A DNA stretch of 63,186 bases, filler included, from Octopus bimaculoides (Eukaryota): NCBI RefSeq assembly GCF_001194135.2. It is 4 parts of 4 records of this genome, joined end to end, with 100 filler letters (N's around TTAATTAATTAA, not from the genome) between each part and the next. Parts side by side here need not be neighbours in the genome. Positions count along the whole stretch, not along the records: positions 17,252 to 31,516 come from NC_068981.1; positions 31,617 to 60,731 come from NC_069000.1; 2 more parts are not named here. One strand, written 5' to 3'. This document shows positions 24,453 through 38,647 of this stretch, piece by piece. The translations under genes were made by a program, and so were the position numbers. Below the pieces are notes generated by a model that was not told the DNA's origin, made no database searches, and saw only the letters and a program-made list of their open reading frames with translations. Position 1 is the stretch's first letter, and every line of letters starts with the position of its first letter.

Positions 24453-26069
24453 TATTGTTATTGTTATAATTAAGGCAGCAAGCTGGCAGAATTGTTAGCA
24501 TGCCAGGCAGAATTCTTCATGGTATTTCATTCATTTTTACATTTCTGAGTTTAAATTCTGTTGAGGACAACTTTGCCTTTCTTTGTTTTGGAGTTGATAA
24601 ATTACCAATGAAACACTCGGGTCAATGTTATCGACAAGTTTCTCCCACAAAAATCTCAGGCCTTATGTCTAAAGTAGAAAGGATTATTGTTATCGTTAGT
24701 ATTATTATGATTATTATTATTAATATGATTATTATTATTACTATTATTATCAATAATATTAATATGCTTAGTTTTGTTTGTTTTTGTACATACCTGTGGT
24801 GTGTGTCACACTTCAAAGGAAGGGGTAAAAAGGTTGAAGGGAGAGGTACAAAGAGAGAGAGGTACAAAGAGAAAAAGGTACAAAGTGAGAGAGAGGGGGC
24901 AGAGAGGGAGTGAAAGAGAAAGTGAGAGAGTAAGAGAAAAAGTGAGAGAGAGAGAGAATGAGTGGTGACTGAAAGGAAGAGGAAAAAATGTGTATCAGTA
25001 TTTTCAGAGTAGACTGATACATACATCAAAAGAAAAGTAGATAAACAGACACATTGGTAAATTAAAGACAGATAAGTACAGCAAATATTGGATGTCACTT
25101 TCACTTTTCATTACCACACCGGGATAAAATTAACATGCAAGTGGCAGAGTACTTCACAGACATGCATACCATTAACATAGTTCTCAGGGAGATTCAGCCT
25201 CACACGGAATGTGACAAGGCTGGCTCCTTTGAATTACAGCTACAACTCATTTTGGTCATCTGAGTGGACAGGAGCAAGATAAACCGTCAAGTGGTTGGAT
25301 CCGGTCCTAACAGTGGCCTATCTATCTGTCTGTTTTGTCTGTCTGACAGTTATTCTGTCTGACTACCTCTGTCTATCTGTCTCTCAGCAAATACCTGTGG
25401 ATGTTACTGTTACTTTTCTATACTTGAAGGGTGAGGTAGAAATAAAAATAAAAATAAGCAGAGGAGGTATACTTGAAGTGAACGGTAAAGCGAGAGGAAG
25501 AGAGGAGGGACAGAGAGTGAGTGAGATAGAGAGTGAGTGGTGACTGAAAGGAAGGCGGCATTCGTTTTGTGTTTTTAAATGTTTATCAGTATTATCAGAG
25601 CAAACAGATACATAACCACAGCAAATATTGGATGTTACTTTTACTTTCCTACAATATAATTAATTACCATATTCTATATACTGGGTCCTCTGCCAACATT
25701 GGATATTACTAAGGCGGTGAGCTGGCAGAAACATTAGCATGCCGGGCAAAATGCTCTAGTCCACTCAACAGGTAAAAGTGAGTTGTACTTGTATTTTAAA
25801 GGGCTAGCCTTGTCACATTTTGTATCATACTGAATCTCCCTCCTGAGAGCTATGTTAACTTCATGAGCAGGCCCTTTCATTGATCAGATCCCTTGTAGTT
25901 GTAAAAAGCTGGCACTCCAACAGTTAAAATGGAATGCCAGCTTTTTTTTTTTTTTTCTAAGGTCTCATTTACACCAACCAGCTTGACAGCTCTGATCAAA
26001 CCATTTAACCCATACCAGCATGGAAATGGATGTTAAAGGATGATGATGATTTACTTCATACAGTCAGTT

Positions 26070-27420
26070 TACTAAGTATGGTATCCTGTTAAAGACTTCT
26101 TCAAGGTCAGAGAATGCAAAGCATAGTGGTTTGCTCGTAACTAAGAACTTCTGTTATTGTCTCACTAGGAAGAGGCATCAGTGGTACTCTATCTTTGCAC
26201 AAATCTAAATTGCATCTCATCTAAGTTAATTATCTTTCTAATCAACAGTGCTATACCTCTTAAGCTATAAACTCTGCAGTTGCTTTTTCTAGAACATCTC
26301 ACTTACCCTTGCAGCAGTTGCGGATGGTACTACTCTGCCAGTCATTGAGAATAACCCACCCCTGTCCTACCCAACTGCCAGATCTACCAAGTGACTAACA
26401 TGTGTCTTACTTAACTGTTTTCCCTGTCGTCATAACCTTAATAGTTATTTTGACCATATAGTTTACTTGAGGTAGTCCCTCTCTCCCATACATTGTCTTT
26501 ATGTGGCAACCTCTTAGATAAGCATCTCCATGCTTCTTTCTCCTTACTGAGGGCAAGTACCACAGTTATTTTCATGTATTCTTAGTCATACTGATCCGAC
26601 ACTCTACTTAGCAATGCAAAACAATCATACTACAAGTTCTCATATCACAGAACATTGTAGCTTTTTGTTTCCACTCCTTTCTAAGTAAACTTGATAACTA
26701 CTTTCTCTTCTAGCTACTGTTTCATACTTCTGCTTTGTTTCACTTTTATGACTACTCACTATATTGTTCTACTACCATGTTATTTTCTCTCCGGCACAGT
26801 GATTCTCAACCAGTCTAAATGACTTTTGGGTGTCCACATAAGATTTTGTTAAAATTTACAAGCAATAAATTGCTTATAATTCTACCTTACACAAAATACT
26901 TAACTTTTTTTTTTTATACAATTCCTAATAATACTTAATTATAAGAGTATAAGATTTGTTTTTAAACACTGTATGACTATGAGTGTCTATCTGAGTGAAA
27001 TAAAAATCAAAAAGGTCCATTTGTCTAGTTTGGCCTTGTTCCGTCCACATATCTTGCTAATGGTTTGCTGCATACTGTTTCACAGAAACTCCTACTTGTC
27101 TTCTATGTTAGGTTTTTATCTTCTCAATATATGTGAAACCCAGAAATTCTGTGAACTTACATCTGACTGAGGCAACTTTCAGCTGCCATATTTGTCTTAT
27201 GTCTCTGGAGCATCTAGTTCTAACTTGAACATCACTAATCACTAATCTATGATGCGTGCTATATTCTTCACCAGGAAAGACTTAGTATTGACAGCCATCA
27301 GACTATCCCACTTCATGAAAAGCATCGACTTTATCTGGCTTGTGTGCTTAACAGTGTGGTGGGCTTTAAGGTGTCTACCTCTTTACTAAAGTTAGTGTTG
27401 AAAACAATAAAACTGTTAGA
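26070..27420 (-). mobile_element. Old RTE-clade LINE fragment (endonuclease end, linker, RT start), interrupted near 26795-26970
   Basis: FPGEEYSTHHRLVISD (EN C-terminus), KEKKAWRCLSKRL...NVWE (linker), LDEMQFRFV..STTDA...LVRQ...KPLCFAFSDLEEVFNR (consensus DEMQFGF..GRGTTDAIF.VRQ...KPLY.AFVDLEKAFDR). Confidence 0.65.
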
Positions 27421-27584
27421 TCATTTGCATGACACAACACCAAGAGCCTTGATCCCTCTTCATTCTGTGTACAATAATCACAGCACTCGTGTACAATGGA
27501 GTTGTCATCATGGTGTCAAACCATCTAAACGATGTCAGCATAGAAAATGAACATAAAAGCATGACAACAATGATAAAGATGAGA

Positions 27585-27703
27585 TGACTGCTGCAAAAAG
27601 TGTGTGGATTTGAGTGGAGAAATATGTTGAATAATATCACAATTAATGATCCTCCTGTATTTTCTTTTACCCAAAGCCAGAAACTTTTCACCACCCTCTC
27701 GTA
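27585..27703 (+). mobile_element. Mariner-derived 3' end and TIR
   Basis: tgctgcaaaaagtgtgtggatttgagtggagaaatatgttgaataa resembles KCVDLxGxYVE*; end ...ccctctcgta; same family as 44977-45199. Confidence 0.6.
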
Positions 27704-28139
27704 GATATAGGCATACGCACAAGTCTATTCCCTTCGATCTTCAGGAAGATGGAGATTTTCTTGATGAAATTTTCAACAAGTACCTATCAGATGGTGTAGA
27801 TTACGAATATATCAGAATTTAATGTGAAAAATAAAAATTTTAAAAAGTGGCGTGCACACATACATAATGACATACATCACATATACAAAGTGAAACCTAA
27901 AATTAAAAAATTAAAAATTGATGTGAGTCTATGTATGGATTACGTAACGTCGCCACCATTTTTACACATCAAATTCCAACATAATCATAACTTTCATTAT
28001 CTTAAACGTATTTGTTGAAAATCTTCTGTAGAAAATCATTTTTCTGGAAGTTATGCGAAAACAAATTTGGTAAGTGCGCATTTGAGTAGGTAGGTATGCC
28101 TGCCTACCTACCTACCTACCTACATCCAGCCATCCATCT

Positions 28140-28353
28140 ATTCATCCATCCAGTCAGCTGACAAAAATGAGTTGTACCTGTATTTCAAAGGGCCAGCCTT
28201 GTCACACTCTGTGTCACGCTGAATCTCTCTGAGAACTGAGTTAAGGGTACACGTGTTTGTGGAGTGCTCGGCCACTTGCACGTTAATTTCACGAGCAGGC
28301 TGTTTCGTTGATCGGATCAACTGGAACCCTTGTCGTCGTAACTGACGGAGTAT
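28140..28353 (+). mobile_element. tRNA-derived SINE family C, 3' part
   Basis: cagctgacaaaaatgagttgtacctgtatttcaaagggccagccttgtcacac... shared with 35720-36025, 25140-25280(-), 25760-25925 and 36630-36790. Confidence 0.75.
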
Positions 28354-28379
28354 CAGTTTACATAATATATATAGGGAGA

Positions 28380-30200
28380 GTTTTCTAACATAGGCACGAT
28401 GAGCATCGTCAATTAGATTAACCTGTATTCTCGAATGATATTTGTTTCAGCGACCCTGAGGGAAGAGGGAAAAAGTTTACTTCGCCAAGACTGAAACTTG
28501 GAACGTAATTGTACGCAACGAAATACCACAAGGAACTTTACTACTTTATGAAACTCCATTAACGAACTCACTCGACAGATACCCAACTCCGAACCAATAT
28601 TTTAATGTGTAGTGTAAAGTTATAGAATCGAAAGATGGCCCTAATAAGCAAAAGCGTGACCAGGTTTCTTCGATTGCTTGTTGAACCCTTTTTTTCAAAG
28701 TGATACCTTTGAGGAAGGCAGAAACGTCATACAATTTCTTTTCCCTTTCTTCTCCGAATCTTGACTTGTTTGTCTATATTCGTAATCCATCGGTTTTACT
28801 GTTAATAGTTTTACTTTCCTCATGGCAGACAACGAGACTGACAAGTGTGTTCTGTTAACAAGGTTTTAAAATACCAATCAATGAAACGTCCTGACAACAA
28901 CAATCCTTCTAAAGTAAACAAAGTTATTTTTTCAGGTTGACGAGAGGAATCTTAATAGCATATTTGAAATAACTAAAAGCAGCATTATAAGTGCAGACGA
29001 TTAAAGTTAGATGTTTAACTGTTAAAAGTGGGCGGGGTAAGAAAATGGGATGAAAATGCAACACGATTAACTAATTCAGTTATAAGCTCTATCTACAAGT
29101 CTATATTTGGTTTATCTCATTTTGAACCTGTGATTATTCTCCTTCTGGGCACAACTTTATCGATCAGGAGAAGAATCCCGACGGTAAAGGGTTTGTTCCA
29201 GCCCATGCGTAAATGTATAGTCACTGAGTTTTCATGTACCGAATATGGATCAGAAAGTAAACTTTTGATGATAGATCAAATAAACTTAGTTGTGTTACAA
29301 ATAGTTAATATGAAATTGATACATTAACTTAACTAACAAACGTAATTAAAATACCTCTAACGTCGTTAAGAAAATAACATTGAATACTATTTGATATGTA
29401 ACTGTTTACAAAAAGTGATTCCTTCTAAGAAGTTTCACCCTAGTTCACATTGACTATCGTTTTACGGTGAAATGAATGAATAACATGACTTAACAATACA
29501 TACCCGGCCCCATATTCGAACTGTTGATTTAGCAGTTATAGGTCCGATGTTGTAGCGTGTAGGTTGTTCTGTTGACAGGGTGATTTCGTTGTCTTCAGCA
29601 GCCATTTGTGGCTATTTACTTCTCATATGACTGGCCTACTGAAACTGTTTTTGTTGTCAGATCACATGGTTGTTGACGACTCTTGCCGCCAGTCGGAGTG
29701 GAGGAGGATTATAACCGCAATGACGTCGATAAAGTTGCTGGTGAGGCGATAAAAAAAAAGAGCACTGGTGTTAAAGGTGTGTGCAGAGCCGATTAGGTTC
29801 TAAGCTCGTAGTTATCCACCGACACTTGTAATACTTCGCAGTACAGTCGGGCAGCAAGCAGCCTGTCAGGAAATATACACATTCACTTAAAAGTGTGTTT
29901 GCGATGATAATTTCTGTTTTGATTGTTCGCCCTTAACACATGCACAAATGCTCACCCAATCTCCGTCACACACACGCAAGTACGCACGCACGTACGCACA
30001 CGCGCGCATTGTTTGTGTGTGTGTGTATGTGTGAGGATTCTTTTAAAATTATTATCCAGTGCGGCAAATTTAAATTCATACACACAGCTGTTTGGCTACA
30101 TAGTATCGGTTGAACACACACGTACGTGCGTATGTATATGACATTCTTTCGGAGAAAGTCTATCAAAACGGAAAGTTTTTGACAATGTCCATAATTTTTT
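28380..30200. promoter_or_regulatory. Non-repetitive CpG-enriched island, likely promoter or first-exon region
   Basis: About 2-3 CpG per 60 bp by eye versus fewer than 1 in most unique flanks; CCAAT at ~28874, GGGCGGG at ~29030, TGACGTC at ~29721; no TE similarity seen. Confidence 0.55.
29504..29605 (-). CDS. Candidate first coding exon of an unidentified gene (MAAEDNEITLSTEQPTRYNIGPITAKSTVRIWGR)
   Basis: cacaaATGG start context, 34 open codons, phase-0 donor CGG|GTATGT, inside the CpG island; no homology recognised. Confidence 0.4.
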
Positions 30201-30456
30201 TAACATTTCTTTAAGTTTTTCTTTTCCGGTCGAATCGCTTGTGTTTATGTATTTTGTTGTGTATATATGTGTTTATGTGTGAGAATGTATATATATCTGT
30301 GTAAGTATGTGTATGTATAGCACATACAGAATTATACATACATACACAAAAATTACGTACACATAAGCGATTGGACTAAAAGATTTTAAGAGATAAAACT
30401 TTCTATGGAAAATACTAAACCAATGCTTACAATTTCGCTAGACGTTCTAAAAGAAT

Positions 30457-30492
<36 letters not shown>

Positions 30493-30493
<1 letters not shown>

Positions 30494-31350
30494 TAGCTGA
30501 CGTATCCGGTAATTCCCGGGAAAGTGGGGCTTATCCCTTGGTTCAATTCTCATAATTGTTTCGCTAATCCAATAATAACAATACAAAGTATGTAGTCCTT
30601 AAAACGGTTTTTGTGCATTTAGAGAGAATACTGAACTGTCTTACACAGGATCTTGTTTCTAGGAATTCCCAATAAGTTCTGAATACCTAAATTGTGAAGT
30701 CAGTTATGTAATAATATGAAATTAGTTACCAGATAGTAAGAATTCATATAAAGTAGCCCCGAAAAGGGCTTTAATGCAATTCCCAGAGTATATAGAACTT
30801 AGGAGCAAATACTAATAAGATATGTATACTAAAATCGTGAAGCATGTTACGTTATAACTGGCTAATCAGATATGAGATAATAAAAATTCAAAACAAATAA
30901 TTCTGAAAGGGCTTTTGTGCATTCCCAGGGAATATTACCCTCAGTGGTGCTAGTGTTAGTATATTCGTGAATAAGTCACTAACCGAAATAAGTGGATCTA
31001 TTGTTTAGGAAAATACTATTTACTTGTTTAAAGGTTGTACAGGATAAAGTGCGAAAATAACTCTAACAGTTCAAATACTAAGAAATAAGCATACTCAATT
31101 AGATTTTTACCAAATAATTTAAGAATATGAATGGGTTATTTCCCTTGGCTTTTAAAATAAAATATATTAAATATATACAAGGATCTCTTCCAGGGTCCCT
31201 ATTATCGATGTTTTGAGCAATCTGAGTATGCCATAAGGTTTCAAGACAGAAGTTTTACTCACGTGTCAAGTTTCATCAAAATTGATAAAACGATGTCGGA
31301 GGAGTTAGCTAACAACTCCACAAACACACTCACAGACAGAGTATATATAT
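30493..31350 (-). mobile_element. Non-autonomous Helitron-like element
   Basis: Minus-strand end: hairpin ccgg-gaatta-ccgg, then atacgtcagCTAG|T. The other end has aagtttcatcaaaattg...ggagttagc...cacagacaga, typical of such elements. Confidence 0.55.
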
Positions 31351-33558
31351 GTGCGTGTGTGTATGTCACTACACATTCTTTATTTTCTCTCCTTGTTTCT
31401 TTCTGTGGAAGAGCGTAGGCTCGAAACGTTAAAAACTTTTTCACTTCCTGAGTGTTAAACTAATACATCTGTTTGTTGTCTACACCACCTGTCTTCGTCT
31501 TTTGTTTGTTTTTTTGNNNNNNNNNNNNNNNNNNNNNNNNNNNNNNNNNNNNNNNNNNNNTTAATTAATTAANNNNNNNNNNNNNNNNNNNNNNNNNNNN
31601 NNNNNNNNNNNNNNNNATATATATATATGTATATGTATGTAGTATATGTACAAGGTGCAATGGGTAAATTGTCGCTATATTATATTTTTAATTTCATGCA
31701 TGTGCATTGTTTGTTTTTGATTTTGTCGACTACACAGTATAGTAGGGTCAGTTGGACACCTGTGAGAAAAACAGCACCATGATGCCAATCACTCTGCCAG
31801 AAATTTGGAAACTTCCTGCAAAGATCTGAGGGTTTTGTGAGAGGAAGGGTATCTGCTTGTAGAGAATTTTATTAAGAGTAAAGTACCAAAAGTACTATTC
31901 ATAGAACAAAGGCAGTGAATTAACCGATACTGGTGTGTTTATGTCCCCGTAACTTAGCGGTTCGGCAAAAGAGACTGATAGAATAAGTACTAGGCTTCCA
32001 AAGAATAAGTCCTGGGGTCGATTTGCTCGACTAAAAGGCAGTGCTCCAGCATGGCCACAGTCAAAAGACTGAAACAAGTAAAAGAATTAGAATTGGTTCC
32101 ACAACATGGCTGTCATTTATTTTCTATTTTTTTCAATCTTGGTGAAACAAAAAGTAAAATTGATGAGAGTGTTTGAACTGAAGAAAAAAAGCTTTTTTTT
32201 TTGTTTGTTTCAGGCTCAGGAATGGCTGTGTGGTTAAGAAGTTTGCTTTGCAACCACATGGTTTCAGGTTCAATCCCACCTTGGGCATGTGTTTTCAACT
32301 GAGCCAAACTACCTTGTGACTCAATTTGGTAAACTAAAACTATTTGAAAGCCTTTTATGTGTGTGTGTGTAGGTGTGTGTGTGTGTGTGTGAAGATTATC
32401 ATCATTTAATGTTTGTTTTCCATGCTGGCATGGGTTAGACAGTTTGAATGGTGCTGGTAAGCTGGAGAACTGCACCAGGCTCTAGACGTCTGTTTGGCTT
32501 GGTTTCTGCAGCAGGATACACTCCCTAATGCCAATCACTTTACAGAGTGTACTGGGTGTCTCTTACGTGTCACCCGCACAGGTTCCCTTTTATGTATCAC
32601 TGGTACAGGCGCCTTCCATGTGTTGCTTCCATGAGTGCCTTGCGTGTGTCACTGGCATGGGTGTCTTGCACATGCCATTGGCACGGTTGCCTTGCACATA
32701 TCACCAGCATGGATGCCTTGCATGTGTCACTGCAACAGGTACCTTTTATGTGTGTGTGTGTGTGTATGTGCCCCCACAACCACATCTGCTTGACAACTGG
32801 TGCTGGTTTGTTTACGTCTCCATAACTTATCAGTTCGGCAAGAGAGCACTAGATTAACTGCCAGACTTGAAAATAAGCACTGGGGTTGATTTGTTTGACT
32901 AAAACTGTTCTAGGTGGTGCCCCAATGTGACCACATTCCAATGGCTGAAACAAGTAAAAGATAAAAGTTACATAGTCTCCAACGAGTTTCTTCTCTTTCT
33001 TTTTTTTTAGGCTGGCAGGGCAAGTGATTCGAGATAGATTTAAACTACTATGACACTGGACTCGGCTTGCGGGGACCTGTTGGGGCAAGCGAAAGCGAAA
33101 TCGTGATGGCACCTGTGCCCAGCGTCGCCCTCCTGGCACTTGTGCCGGTGGCATGTGTAAAGACATTTGAGCGAGACCGTTGCCAGTGCCGCCGGACTAG
33201 CTCCTGTGCAGGTGGCACGTAAAATACACCATTTTGAGCATTGCCGTTGCCAGTACCGCCTGACTGGCCTTCATGCCGGTGGCACGTAAAAGCACCCACT
33301 ACACTCTCTGAGTGGTTGGCGTTAGGAAGGGCATCCAGCTGTAGAAACTCTGCCGAATCAGATTGGAGCCTGGTGTAGCCATCTGGTTCACCAGTCCTCA
33401 GTCAAATCGTCCAACTCATGCTAGCATGGAAAGCGGACGTTAAACGATGATGATGATGATGTCGAACAAGTCGAATGATCATGTCCACTCAGCTAGTATG
33501 GTAGTATTTATAGCATGTAGTGTACTCAATTATATATTTAGTATTGTGACAGTTTTTT

Positions 33559-33601
<43 letters not shown>

Positions 33602-34132
33602 CCTAATACAGAATTGTTAATGTTGGGAGTTCATATTGTAATCTATACAATTTTATTGTGTGTAATAGCTGTTAGTTATTGGTATGTGTCTTGTTGTCAT
33701 GGGCAATAGGTCTTCTTTGTCCATCAAATAAATTGCCTGTGTGCAGTTTCTTTTAATGTAGGGAGGTTGATATGCAGTTATTAGCCAAGAAGTAAACGTC
33801 CGAGATGTGCACAAGGACACACACCACATGTTTGTGATTTATATATAATCTATTTATCTCACAAACAAGTGCAGTGCAAACATCAACTATTTAATTTATG
33901 TTTACCTGCTTGTAATCAAAAATATTTGTCGATTGCTTAGCTCTGTGGTGAAAATGCTTGCTTTGCAACCATTTAGTTCTGAGTTGATCCTGTCATGTGG
34001 CACCATGGTACCTTGGGCTAGTACTTTTCAAATGTAGCCACAGGTTGACCAATGCTTTATGAGTGAAATTTAAGAGACAAAGACTGTACAAGATTATTAC
34101 TTGCAGACACACTCACTTGCATGTTCCCACCT

Positions 34133-34176
<44 letters not shown>

Positions 34177-35719
34177 CATTATTGAATGCCCCTTTTTTTT
34201 ATACTGGCATGTTTTGGATCGTTAGACAGGATCTTGCATAGCACAGGGCTGAGAGTTCCAGTGTTAGCTGTGGCATTTTTCTTACAATTGGATGCCCTTC
34301 CTAATGCCAATCACCTTAGAGTGTGTACTGGATGCATTTTCTTTTTGTGCCATCAGCACTAGTGAGATTGCTAAGTAAGTTGCAAGACAGTAAAAAATAG
34401 GAAAGAGAAAATCCCTTGTGACAAAGTGATGGGGGTCGGATATAAGAATTAGGGAGGTGGCTTTGTGCCAGGGGCTGAGAGGCTAAAATATGAGACAAAG
34501 TGAGAAGAACAGGTGTCTTGCTATAGAGGAGATACATGGCTGCTCCCATATAGGTGTGTGTGTATTTTTGTGTTTGTGTGTGTGTGTGTATGCATATATG
34601 TTTGTTTCAATGTTCAGTTATAATGATTTCAAATTTTGGCACAAGGCCAGCAATTCTGAGGGAGGGTTTAAGTTGCTTACATTGGCCCCAGTACTTGACT
34701 GGTACTCAACTTAATTTATTGACCCTGAAAGGATGAAAGGCAAAGTCAACCTTGGTGGAATTTGAACTCAGAACATAAGGATGAATGAAATGCTGTTCAG
34801 CATTTTGCCTGACATGCTAATGGTTCTGCCAGCTCGCCACTTTTTCATGTTCAGTTGTAATAAAATAAAATGTAATCATTTTTACATTAATCTGGTAGTT
34901 TACTTTATACTTTTGTCGAGTATAAATAAATAATAGTTGTTCAGCACCACAGACATAGGAAGCAGGAAACAAGAAATTAATGGTGTGTCTGTGTGTCTTT
35001 CATAAAGGTGTGAGGGACATAATTGAATTGAGATTTGATTTCTTACAAACAGGAGACAAATCTGGTCGTGGATTAAATCTTACAACACTCCTCATATGTA
35101 ATCTCAATGTGTAAGATATATGATTATATCAGTCTACTTAATTAATTGCATCTATGCTCATAATACTCTACTCCACAAAAGCTTCAGGGTTGTCTAGTTT
35201 GCAGACATGGTTGTGTGATTTAGCAGCTTGCTTCCCAACCATCTGGTCCCACTGCATAGCACATTGGGCAAATGTCATCTATTATAGCCCTGGGCCAACT
35301 AATGCCTTTGTGAATGAATCTAGTAGATGGAAACTGTGTGGAAGCCCATCATATATATATTTATGTATGTGTATCTTTGTATCTGTGTTTGTCACTGTCC
35401 CCTCTGCCCACCATTTGACAACTGGTGTTGGTTTGTTTACATCCTTGTAACTTAGCTGTTTGGTCACCAACAGAATAAGTGTGTGCATTATATTCAAGAT
35501 TATTTTATCTGATATGTTTATCCATTTTTAATACTGCAGTATTATTTGAAAGAGACATATGTATGTTTATGTATGTAATGTATATAAATGAATCGCTGTA
35601 TATATATAATGCATGTATATGTGTATGTATAAATGTAGGTGTGTGCATGCATATATACATAGATAGATATGTCTAGCTATAAATGTATGTATATATGCAT
35701 GTATATATGTATGTATGTG

Positions 35720-36025
35720 AAGGTGTGTGGCTTAGTGATTAGGGTATTTGGCTCAGAATTGTAAGGTCATGAGTTCAATTCCTGACGGTATGTTGAGCAA
35801 GACTCTTTATTTCATGTTGGTTCAGTTCACTCAGCTGGCAAAAATGAGTTGTATTTCAAAGGGCTAGCCTTGTCACATTCTGTATCATGTTGGATCTCTC
35901 TGAGAACTACGTTAAGAGTATGTGTGTCTGTGGAGTGCTCAGCCACTTACTTGTTAATTTTATGAGCAAGCTATTCTGTTGATCAAATCAACTGGAACCT
36001 TTATCATTGTAACTGACAGAGTGCC
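35720..36025 (+). mobile_element. tRNA-derived SINE family C, near full length
   Basis: A-box-like tggcttagtgattagg and B-box-like gagttcaattcc in the head; body matches 28140-28353. Confidence 0.8.
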
Positions 36026-38000
36026 ATTTGAAAGAGATTTGACTGCAATGTTTGCAGGTCCGACCTTGTTATCTCATGGATGTTCCATCAACAGTTTGAC
36101 TACTGCCATGTTTAACTCAGCTGAGACCATCATCACCAGAGCTGAAAGGTATACAGAAATAGACTGGCCATAAATACGGAAAAAGTATAATGTATCCAGG
36201 CTATCAATTTGCACAGCTCACTACTTCTCAGAGTGTGCAATATAGCCATCAGCTTGATAGAAGCAAGTATAACCGGAAAAACAGATATATGGGGTTGCAC
36301 TTAGTCATTCAATCACCTGCTTGCATGCCATAGGACAACTATTGATTAGAACTGACATGAGGTTTACACAGCATCACTAATTCCATGGTTTGAATGGTTA
36401 GCAGTCTAAAAGGCATTGAACTGTAAAACATCTGCTTCAATAACCAATAGAAATTTGTAGCATCATGTCATCCATACAGTCTATTGTGAGGGAATGGTGG
36501 TGAATATTTAAGTAGACATAAAAAAGAAGTTCAGATATTATATACATTATATAAGCTCTCCTACTGATAATGTGTGATGGTCTAAAGATATAAAATATAG
36601 GTCGAGCATACAGAAGACCTACAGTAGTTGGCATGTGGCTTAGTGGTTAGGATGTTGGGTTCATGATTGCAAGATTGAGGTTCCGATTCCTGGACTGAGT
36701 GATGTGTTGTCTTCTTGAGCAAGGCACTTCATTTCAAATTGCTCCAGTTCACTTAGCTGGCAAAAATGAGTAAATCTATGATGTACCGGCATCCCAATCA
36801 AGGGAGAATATATGCATCATGGAAACCAGGAAACCGACCGACTCAGGAAGGATTTTTATCCTTTTTATTTTAAGAAACTGGCCAAGTGTGGCCTGTTGAA
36901 TGTACAAGGGCAGTTGAGTATAAGGGAATTGAGAAATCAACCAGTATAAAAGACATTGGTAGATGTAAGCAGGAAGCACAACCTATGTTTATATAGAGTG
37001 TATAATATTATCGATGACCATCCTGGATAAAGAAACAAAATCTATATGCATTATAGGGAAAGGGAAAGTTGTTACAATAGTTGTTAAAAAATAATCACTT
37101 GGTAATAAATGTTAGCACCCCAGAATCTTTGTTCTTTCATATAAGATGAAGTGATAAAGGATCAAGATACTTGGCAATATGTATTATTATAGTTGAGGCT
37201 TGTGGAACTTACTACCAGTATAGAAAAATAAATAGTGAAATATTGGTTTCAAGCTTTGGTACAAGGTCAGTAATCTTGGAGGAGAGGGTTAGTCAATTAC
37301 TTTAACCCCAGTGCTCAACTGGTACTTATTTTATCAACCCTGAAAAGATGAAAGGCAAAGTCGACCTTGGCAGTATTTGAACTCAGAACAAAATGTTACT
37401 AAGCATTGCCTGGCATGCTAACGATAATGTCAGTTTACTGCTTTAATAAATGTTGAAATATTGCTACTGATAATGAATTATGTGTTTAATATTGTATAGC
37501 AAGTCATTTATTTCAATTCTTTTTCCAATAAATATTTTTGTGAGAAACTTGCTATGTCAATACGTGTGTAAACTTGCTATAATAATACATACATGTTATT
37601 ATTCAATTCCTGTTTATAGAGACTGTTAAAAGATTAGACAGATAGAAATGTATTATTAATTATTAAAAGGCATCAAATCAAACATGAACATCATTGTTAA
37701 AAACGTAACTGATTTCATTAATAACCACAGTTTATGAAGTGAAGGGTAGGTGTATGTGTGCGTGTGTGTGTGTGTGTGCTTTATTCATTTGTATATCTTT
37801 AAACAATCTATAGAAATGCATCAAAGATAAACTCTCTTCGTACTGCCTTGACATGTCAGAGCTGTTTGCATGGAACTAGACAATGACGGTATCAAGTGTT
37901 CTTTACAAAACAGTGCAAGTAGACTGATACGATCTGACAGTGAAAAGAATCAAAGACGATGAATAGATCAAATACATGTTAAAAGATTTTTGGCTTATAG

Positions 38001-38085
38001 CAAGCAACAGAGTTAAAGTTAGCTGAAGGCATCTTGTGGAACTATAGATGCTGGCTTCATGTAGCTGATGCCTGTACAAGTTCTT
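38001..38085 (+). CDS. Candidate internal exon (QATELKLAEGILWNYRCWLHVADACTSS)
   Basis: Acceptor tttttggcttatag, open phase-0 frame, strong GTAAGT donor, unique sequence; no homology recognised. Confidence 0.33.
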
Positions 38086-38647
38086 GTAAGTGGAAAGAAA
38101 ATGATCACATCATATCATATTGTCTTTTTATATATTCTCTTATGCAATCCTATCATCTAATTTCCTTATAGATATGTTGACATTCAAAGTGTTGAGTTAT
38201 ATTTTTTGTTCTTCATTGTAAAGCTACAGGCTGTGCCTGTTATCCTGTATTGTTAGTGAAACCACCCAAAATGTACTGAGATTTGAAACTGGAACTGTAA
38301 AATTGCTAAGTTAACGTACTGATACCAAATAAAGGTGGTGGCAGCAGTGAACTAACAATAAATTCTAAATATTGCTATTATTGGTGCAAGGTACTATGAT
38401 AATTCTATAGTACTTCCTTTATTCAAGTTAAGAAAGGAACTGTTATATCATTGATAACAGCTTTCACGTTGCTTGTACAAATATAAAGACTGATCTTGAG
38501 AAATTGATTTGCATAATTTAAGCGTGATTGTATAACTAAAATTTAGATTTTTGGTAGAAAGACAGCACTTCATGAATCTTGGTGCCACTTAGAAATTTCC
38601 CTCTAGTAGGGACTCAGTTCCTCTGTTTCAACTAAAAATAATTGTAG

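Noticed and set aside
28705-28735. ttgaggaaggcagaaacgtc as a hammerhead
   Set aside because: No stem II and no stem I complementarity
35720-35790. tRNA genes at A/B-box motifs
   Set aside because: They are heads of multicopy SINEs and show no complete cloverleaf
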